From an uncultured Planctomycetota bacterium (lineage in GTDB: Bacteria > Planctomycetota > PLA2 > JAEUHO01): a DNA stretch of 64,000 nucleotides. The notes beneath the pieces are model-generated. The model was not told where the DNA came from, made no database searches, and saw only the letters and a program-made list of their open reading frames with translations. The stretch spans positions 1,792,001-1,856,000 of the forward strand of contig CAVVXN010000005.1 in assembly GCA_963752285.1 (NCBI GenBank), given 5' to 3'. Below, piece by piece: positions 58,638 to 64,000 of the stretch. Position numbers and translations under genes: made by a program. The stretch's first letter is position 1. The number at the start of each line of letters is the position of its first letter.

Positions 58638-60359
58638 TCAGAGGCCGAGGTACTCGTCGAGCAGGCGCTCGGTGATGACCTTGGCGCCGAACTCGCGCGC
58701 CAGGCTCTCGACCTTCTCGATCGGCGACTTCGCGCCCACCTGCGGCTGCGCCTCCTCGTCGCCCCCGTCCGCGGCCTTCGGCTGCGGAGCGGTCATCGAG
58801 CTGGGAACGACGATGTAGTCGGTGTCCCCGTCGACCTCCTTGTCCACCACGGCATTCATCGTGGCGAGGCGCGACACCGCGACCTCGCGCGGAAGGTTCT
58901 CGAGCTCGCCCGCGAAGTAGACGTGGATGGGCTTGGTCGCGCTGAAGAAGGGGTTCGCGATCAGGTCGCCCTCCCCGATCGGGTTCTGGGGGTTCGCCAG
59001 CGAGAGGATCGAGACCTTCGAGCTCGTCGGGCCGAGGACCTGGATGACCTGGATCTGGCCCTTGACGCTCCGGATCCCGCCCTTGCCGATGCGGCTCACC
59101 TCGAACCTGGTCCCCGGGGTGACCCGGGCCTGCGTGCCGAGGTCGATGATCGCCGTGCCCATCGTCGGGCTCGAGGCGAGGACCCGGCCGTCCGGGTCGT
59201 TCCGGCGGATCTCGAGGTCGGTGACCTCCTTGTTCAGGCGGACACGGTTCTCGAGCGCGTTCTTCTGCGAGTTGAGCTGCGCGACCTCGTTCGAGTGGAG
59301 CTCCTTCTCGTGCTGCAGGTCGTTCAGGGCCTTCGTGGCTTCCTGGCGGTTGGTGTCGGCCGTCTGGTTCGCCTGGGTCAGCTCACCGCGGAGCTGATCG
59401 ACCTCCTGGACGTGACGCTGCTGCTCCGCCTTCAGCTCGTTCTGCCCGTTGGTGATCGTCGTTTCCTTGGACTGGTTGTCCGCCTGGACGCGATCGATGA
59501 CCGCGGTGTCCTCTTCCTTGTTCGCGCGGAACTCGGACTTGTAGTTGTCCACCACCTTCGGGGGCAGGGTGACGAGCGTCGCCAGGTCCATCGTTCCGGA
59601 CGCCTCGGGCGTGAACATGAGGAGCTTCACGACGCGCTGGGTGTCGGGGTCGAAGGGACGCGGGCCCTTGATGATCTCCTCGTACTTCTTCCACTGCTCG
59701 CCCATGGTCTGGAGCTCGGCCATGCCGTCATTGATCTTCTTGACGTCGGCCTCGTACGTCTTCTGCTCGCTCTGGTACTTGGCCTGAGCGGCCTCGTCGT
59801 CGGCGTCCGCCGGGGGCTTCGGGGGAACCGGCACCGGGATCTGCGCGATCTCCTTCAGCTTCTGGCGGAACTCCGGCGTCATCCACTCGAAGCTGACGTT
59901 CGTCTCCTTCACGCCCTCGGCCCCGCGCGTGCGGAGGTCGGCGCGGATGGAGATGTCCGAGTCGTTGATCAGGTAGTTGTAGAGGCCGGGCTTGCCGCCC
60001 TCGGTGGTGCCGTCCCGCGTGATCTGCTTGTCCACCTGCGCCACGTCGGTGACGAACGCCCCGCCGGACCCCGCCAGCCGGTTCAAGACCTCCTTCGCGT
60101 TCGGGTCCTGGACGACGTCGTTCAGGGACTTGGAGGCCCACCCGACCTTCGCCGAGACGTCGCGGAAGTAGTTGAGGACGTCCGTCGTGGCCTTGGAGAG
60201 GTTCGCGTACTCTTCCTGCGACTTGGCGCGGTCCGTCTCCGCGACGTCCCTCTTGTCCTTCTCCGAGAACCACATGTAGACGAAGACCAAGAGGATCACG
60301 AGCGTGATGACGAAGGGCCACTGGCTGCTTCCACGCTCGTTCAGGTGACGCTGGCGCAT
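58638..60359 (-). CDS. Membrane-anchored coiled-coil protein with a beta-barrel-like domain and C-terminal BRCT-like domain
   Basis: N-terminal TM segment (WPFVITLVILLVFVYMWF), long heptad region, GRVL...IIDLG...PGTRFEV, then YFAGEL...VDGDTDYIVV...AREFGAKVITE. Confidence 0.75.
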   Translation of the reverse strand: MRQRHLNERGSSQWPFVITLVILLVFVYMWFSEKDKRDVAETDRAKSQEEYANLSKATTDVLNYFRDVSAKVGWASKSLNDVVQDPNAKEVLNRLAGSGGAFVTDVAQVDKQITRDGTTEGGKPGLYNYLINDSDISIRADLRTRGAEGVKETNVSFEWMTPEFRQKLKEIAQIPVPVPPKPPADADDEAAQAKYQSEQKTYEADVKKINDGMAELQTMGEQWKKYEEIIKGPRPFDPDTQRVVKLLMFTPEASGTMDLATLVTLPPKVVDNYKSEFRANKEEDTAVIDRVQADNQSKETTITNGQNELKAEQQRHVQEVDQLRGELTQANQTADTNRQEATKALNDLQHEKELHSNEVAQLNSQKNALENRVRLNKEVTDLEIRRNDPDGRVLASSPTMGTAIIDLGTQARVTPGTRFEVSRIGKGGIRSVKGQIQVIQVLGPTSSKVSILSLANPQNPIGEGDLIANPFFSATKPIHVYFAGELENLPREVAVSRLATMNAVVDKEVDGDTDYIVVPSSMTAPQPKAADGGDEEAQPQVGAKSPIEKVESLAREFGAKVITERLLDEYLGL

Positions 60360-60800
60360 GCTGATCTCCGATGGCGGCCCACCGGGATCCCGTGGACCAC
60401 CCGACTCGATCCGGCTTCGATGCGACGGCCTCGGCGGCGTCGGCCGAGGCGGCGACCCTCGGCGGGCCAGAACATACCGCAAAGAATCGGGAATCCCAAC
60501 CCCGCAGGCGTCCTTCGCGACCGGCCCCACGAGCCCGTACGCGTCGAGCGACGACCTTGCGAGCGTCCGTGCGCGGATGCGTGTCGCCACGGAGGGGGCG
60601 GGCCCGCTTGACCCGCGCTCGCCCCCGCGTACGCTTCCCGGCGAGGAGAGGCGGCGGGGCGGCTCCGCCGAGGACCGCTCGGCTCCCCCGGCGCTACCGA
60701 TCGAACCTCTCCCTCTCTCGGGCGACGCCCCCCCGACCCCGTTCGGACGTCGATCGATCCCCCACGCGAAGGCGAGCCCCGTGGCCGCGCGGAGCGATCC

Positions 60801-61493
60801 CTGACCAGAAACCGCACCGTTCTCGGGTTGTTAGGCGGCGTCGCGTCCGGCAAGAGCCACGTCGCGTCGCGGATCCGTGCCCTGGCGCACGCGGAGGTCG
60901 AGGACGCCGACCTGCTCGCGAGGGAGGAGCTCCTCCGCGTCGCACGGGACGGCCGGCTCGAGGCGGCGCTCGGCGCCGGCTTCGTGGACGCGGACGGACG
61001 GCCGCGTCGCGACGTGATCGCGCGTCGGGTCTTCTCGGAGCCGTCGGCCCGCGTGGCGCTCGAGCGTCTCGTGCACCCGGGCGTGCTCCAGAAGATTCGT
61101 GATCGGATCCTCCGCCACCGTCGGGGCGAGGGCGCCTCCCTCCTCGTTCTCGACGTCCCGCTCCTCGCCGAGACCGGGCTCGACCGTCGATGCGACGTGC
61201 TGTGGTTCGTCGAGGCGCCCGGGGGCGCACGCCGGAGGCGCGCCCTCGAGCGCGGCATGTCGATCGAGCAGTGGGAGGCGCGCGAGGCGGCGCAGATGCC
61301 GCTCTCGACGAAGCGCCTCCGCGCCGACGCCGTCGTGCGGAACGACGATCGCCTGGAGGAGCGTCTCCGTCCGCTCCTCCAGGACCTCGGCGCGACCGAG
61401 GACGCGGACGGCGGGCGAAGGGCGGGCCCCGGGAGGCCCGGTTCGCGCGCGGTCCCGGCGGGCCGGGACGAGGTGCCCGCGACGGATGACTGA
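60801..61493 (+). CDS. coaE: Dephospho-CoA kinase
   Basis: VLGLLGGVASGKS, DADLLA, LERLVHP, LDVPLL, REAAQM. Probable CTG start at 60801 (ORF track starts at TTG 60828). Confidence 0.9.
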   Translation: MTRNRTVLGLLGGVASGKSHVASRIRALAHAEVEDADLLAREELLRVARDGRLEAALGAGFVDADGRPRRDVIARRVFSEPSARVALERLVHPGVLQKIRDRILRHRRGEGASLLVLDVPLLAETGLDRRCDVLWFVEAPGGARRRRALERGMSIEQWEAREAAQMPLSTKRLRADAVVRNDDRLEERLRPLLQDLGATEDADGGRRAGPGRPGSRAVPAGRDEVPATDD

Positions 61494-61604
61494 AGCACCG
61501 ACCCAGCAGCGAGGGCGCGACCGAACGCACGGGGCCCCGCGCGCCGCCAGGGCGCGGGGGAACCGAGTGCGACGCGGGCTCGTGCCGTCCGAAGAGAGCG
61601 CTCC

Positions 61605-63248
61605 ATGGCCGCCAAGAAGAAACCCCGCTCCCGTTCCCGGGCCCGGACCGGCGCCGGCGAGGAGACGCCGCGCCGCGCCCGGCCGAGGAAGCGTGCGGCA
61701 CGGGCGCGGCCGGAGGCGCCGCCGGAGGCCGTGAACGCGAGCCCGCGCGACGCAGCGCCCGACGAGGCGCGAGACGAGGCGGTGGAGTCCGCGACCCGGG
61801 GGGTCGCGCGGTCCGCCGACACGGAGGAGGAGCGCCTCGCCGAGACCGAGGGCGCCGCGGACGGGCCGGGGATCCCGCCCCTGCCCGATGACGAGGAGGA
61901 GCTGGTCCCCCTCGAAGACGAGGAGCCCCCGCCCGCGCGCGACGTGTCGCCCGACGCGTCGGCGCGCGAGGTCCTGGAGGCCGTCCGCCGGGGCGAGGTC
62001 CACGTCTCCGCGCTGAACCGGCTCGACGACGCCGCGGTCGAGGACCTCGCGCGCGAGGTGGGCGTGGAGCCCCGCCCCGGCGAGCGCCGGAGCGAGACCC
62101 TCTATCGACTGCTGCAGCGTCCCGCGGCGCGCCCGCCGGTGGAGAGCAGCTTCGTGGAAGGGCTCCTGGAGCTCCATCCCGACGGCTACGGCTTCCTGCG
62201 CCGGCCCGAGCGGAACTACGTCCAGCACCCGATGGACGTGTACGTGGCGGCGGGCCTCGTCCGCCAGCTCCGCCTGCAGCCCGGGCACTGGGTCAGCGGC
62301 ACGGCGCGACCGGCGCGACCCGGCGAGCCCCTGCTCGCGCTCGCGCGCGTGGAGGAGGTGAACCACGAGGAGATCGACGCGCGCCAGGGGCTCCGGTCGT
62401 TCGAGGACCTGACGGTCGTCTACCCGAACGAGCGGTTCCTCCTCGAGACCGTCCCCTCCGAGATCGAGATGCGGGTCATGGACCTGTTCTGCCCCCTCGG
62501 CCGGGGACAGCGCGCCATCATCACTTCGCCGCCGCGCGCCGGGAAGACCGTGCTCCTCCAGAAGCTCGCGGACGCCATCGCGCACAACAGCCCGAACGTG
62601 GACATCGTCGTCCTGCTCGTGGACGAGCGCCCCGAGGAGGTCACGAACATGCGCCGGTCGGTCCGCGGCGAGGTCATCGCCTCGACCTTCGACCGCCCGG
62701 CGGCCAACCACGTGCGCATCGCCGAGCTCGTGATGGAGAAGGTGAAACGGATGGTGGAGTTCGGCCGACAGGTCGTGCTCCTGCTCGACTCGATCACGAG
62801 GCTGGGGCGCGCGTACAACAACCTCGCCGGGCCCAGCGGTCGCATCCTGACGGGCGGCCTCGAGGCGAAGGCGCTCACCAAGCCGAAGCGTTTCTTCGGC
62901 GCCGCACGCAACATCGAGGACGGCGGCAGCCTGACGATCGTGGCCACGGCGCTCGTCGACACGGGCAGCCGCATGGACGACGTGATCTTCGAGGAGTTCA
63001 AGGGCACGGGCAACATGGAGGTGGTGCTCGACCGGAGCCTCGCGAACCAGCGCATCTGGCCGGCCATCAACATCCCCGCCTCCGGCACGCGGAACGAGGA
63101 TCTGCTCCTGCACCCGGAGGAGCTCCGCCGCGTGAACCTGCTCCGTCGCGCGATCTCGGCGCACTCCCCGCCCGGCGCCATGGAGGCCATCATCGACCTC
63201 ATGCGTCAGTACAAGACGAACGCCGAGCTCCTGATGTCGCTGGGGTAG
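61605..63248 (+). CDS. rho: Transcription termination factor Rho with charged N-terminal extension
   Basis: DGYGFLR, PPRAGKT, DERPEEVT, LDSITRL, FEEFKGTGNME. Confidence 0.97.
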   Translation: MAAKKKPRSRSRARTGAGEETPRRARPRKRAARARPEAPPEAVNASPRDAAPDEARDEAVESATRGVARSADTEEERLAETEGAADGPGIPPLPDDEEELVPLEDEEPPPARDVSPDASAREVLEAVRRGEVHVSALNRLDDAAVEDLAREVGVEPRPGERRSETLYRLLQRPAARPPVESSFVEGLLELHPDGYGFLRRPERNYVQHPMDVYVAAGLVRQLRLQPGHWVSGTARPARPGEPLLALARVEEVNHEEIDARQGLRSFEDLTVVYPNERFLLETVPSEIEMRVMDLFCPLGRGQRAIITSPPRAGKTVLLQKLADAIAHNSPNVDIVVLLVDERPEEVTNMRRSVRGEVIASTFDRPAANHVRIAELVMEKVKRMVEFGRQVVLLLDSITRLGRAYNNLAGPSGRILTGGLEAKALTKPKRFFGAARNIEDGGSLTIVATALVDTGSRMDDVIFEEFKGTGNMEVVLDRSLANQRIWPAINIPASGTRNEDLLLHPEELRRVNLLRRAISAHSPPGAMEAIIDLMRQYKTNAELLMSLG

Positions 63249-63496
63249 GCGACGGACACGCGCGGCCGGCGCCGGAGTCCGGGCGCTCCGCGCGACGCGG
63301 CGGACCGACCGCCCCTCGGGGCCGGCCCGAGCATGCGCGTCACGAAGGACGCGCGCATTCGCGTCGGATGGGGTCCCCGCGGGGAACCGGGTCCTCAGGC
63401 GTGACGCCCGCTACGTCGGGGAATCCGCGCCCGGGGAGGGGCCGCGGACGGCGTCGAGGCGAGGGGAACGGGTGACGGTTCGTCCCGGAAGGGACC

Positions 63497-64000
63497 TCAG
63501 TAGCCCAACGCGCGGTAGTGCGCGCGCCACGCCAGCACCTTCGCGACGTGGCGGCGCGTCTCCGCGTACCCCTCGGCCATCACGACGCCGAGGGAGGAGA
63601 GTGTCGGGGCCCGCGCCCGCCAACGGTCCACCGCGGTCGGCCCGGCGTTGTACGCCGCGAGGGCGAACGCCTCCTCGCCGTCGTAGCGGGCGAGGAGGCG
63701 GGCGAGGTAGGCCGCGCCGAGGTCCAGGTTCACGGCCGGCGCCTCCCACCGCCCGGCCTCCTCCTCGGAGAGACCGATCCGGCGCGCCTCTTCGAGCGCG
63801 GTCCCGGGCAGGAGCTGGAGCAGCCCGCGCGCGCCGCGCGGACTCGTCGCGTCCGCGCGGCCGCCGCTCTCGACCGCGACCATCGCCGCCAGGAGCGCGG
63901 GGTCCACGCCGCGCGCGCGCCCCACGCGGGCCAGGTCGCCGCGCCACGCCTCGAGGTCGGGCGGCGAGGAGAGGCGGGCGCCGGCGAAGAACCCGCCGAG
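63497..64000 (-). CDS. Lytic transglycosylase (SLT domain), N-terminus beyond window end
   Basis: AMVAVESGG, GARGLLQL, ALAAYNAG, ETRRHV; frame stays open to 64000. Confidence 0.9.
   Translation of the reverse strand, partial: LGGFFAGARLSSPPDLEAWRGDLARVGRARGVDPALLAAMVAVESGGRADATSPRGARGLLQLLPGTALEEARRIGLSEEEAGRWEAPAVNLDLGAAYLARLLARYDGEEAFALAAYNAGPTAVDRWRARAPTLSSLGVVMAEGYAETRRHVAKVLAWRAHYRALGY

Overview
A very GC-rich (roughly three-quarters G+C by eye) chromosomal segment from a diderm bacterium, most likely Planctomycetota. That assignment is inferred from the lpxC-fabZ fusion, coaE-rho linkage, a 'GAxSIDFLDIxFRLE' extended ACP and a membrane-anchored BRCT protein. Left arm (1-10 kb): a ten-gene highly reducing type II PKS/FAS-like cluster with two active KS, two Cys-less chain-length-factor-like KS, two dehydratases, KR, a FabL-like reductase, AcpS and an unusual ACP ending in a CxxC-x14-CxxC zinc ribbon, divergent from a lipid A late-acyltransferase-like gene. 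Next come secreted metallopeptidases, an HNH endonuclease plus nucleotidyltransferase pair behind an exact actinobacterial RecA-NDp/PafBC-type promoter motif, ftcD-arcC-argF and a complete suf operon. After these: an exported TlpA-like selenoprotein (W-UGA-G-P-C with a SECIS-like hairpin) that the ORF track splits in two, a split and frameshifted large MscS system, corA, tRNA-Lys and a decayed GNAT gene. Right half is housekeeping: rpsB-tsf-pyrH-frr; bamA-skp-[254-bp MITE-like insert]-lpxC/fabZ-lpxA (frameshifted)-gnnA-like; dnaB preceded by five phased degenerate DnaA boxes; tatC-ychF-cinA-tRNA-Gln-glmU-prs-rplY-pth-rpsF-rpsR-rplI; coaE-rho; and a partial lytic transglycosylase. No CRISPR array, integrase or intact transposase was seen. 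All product calls come from motif recognition by eye, not database searches.
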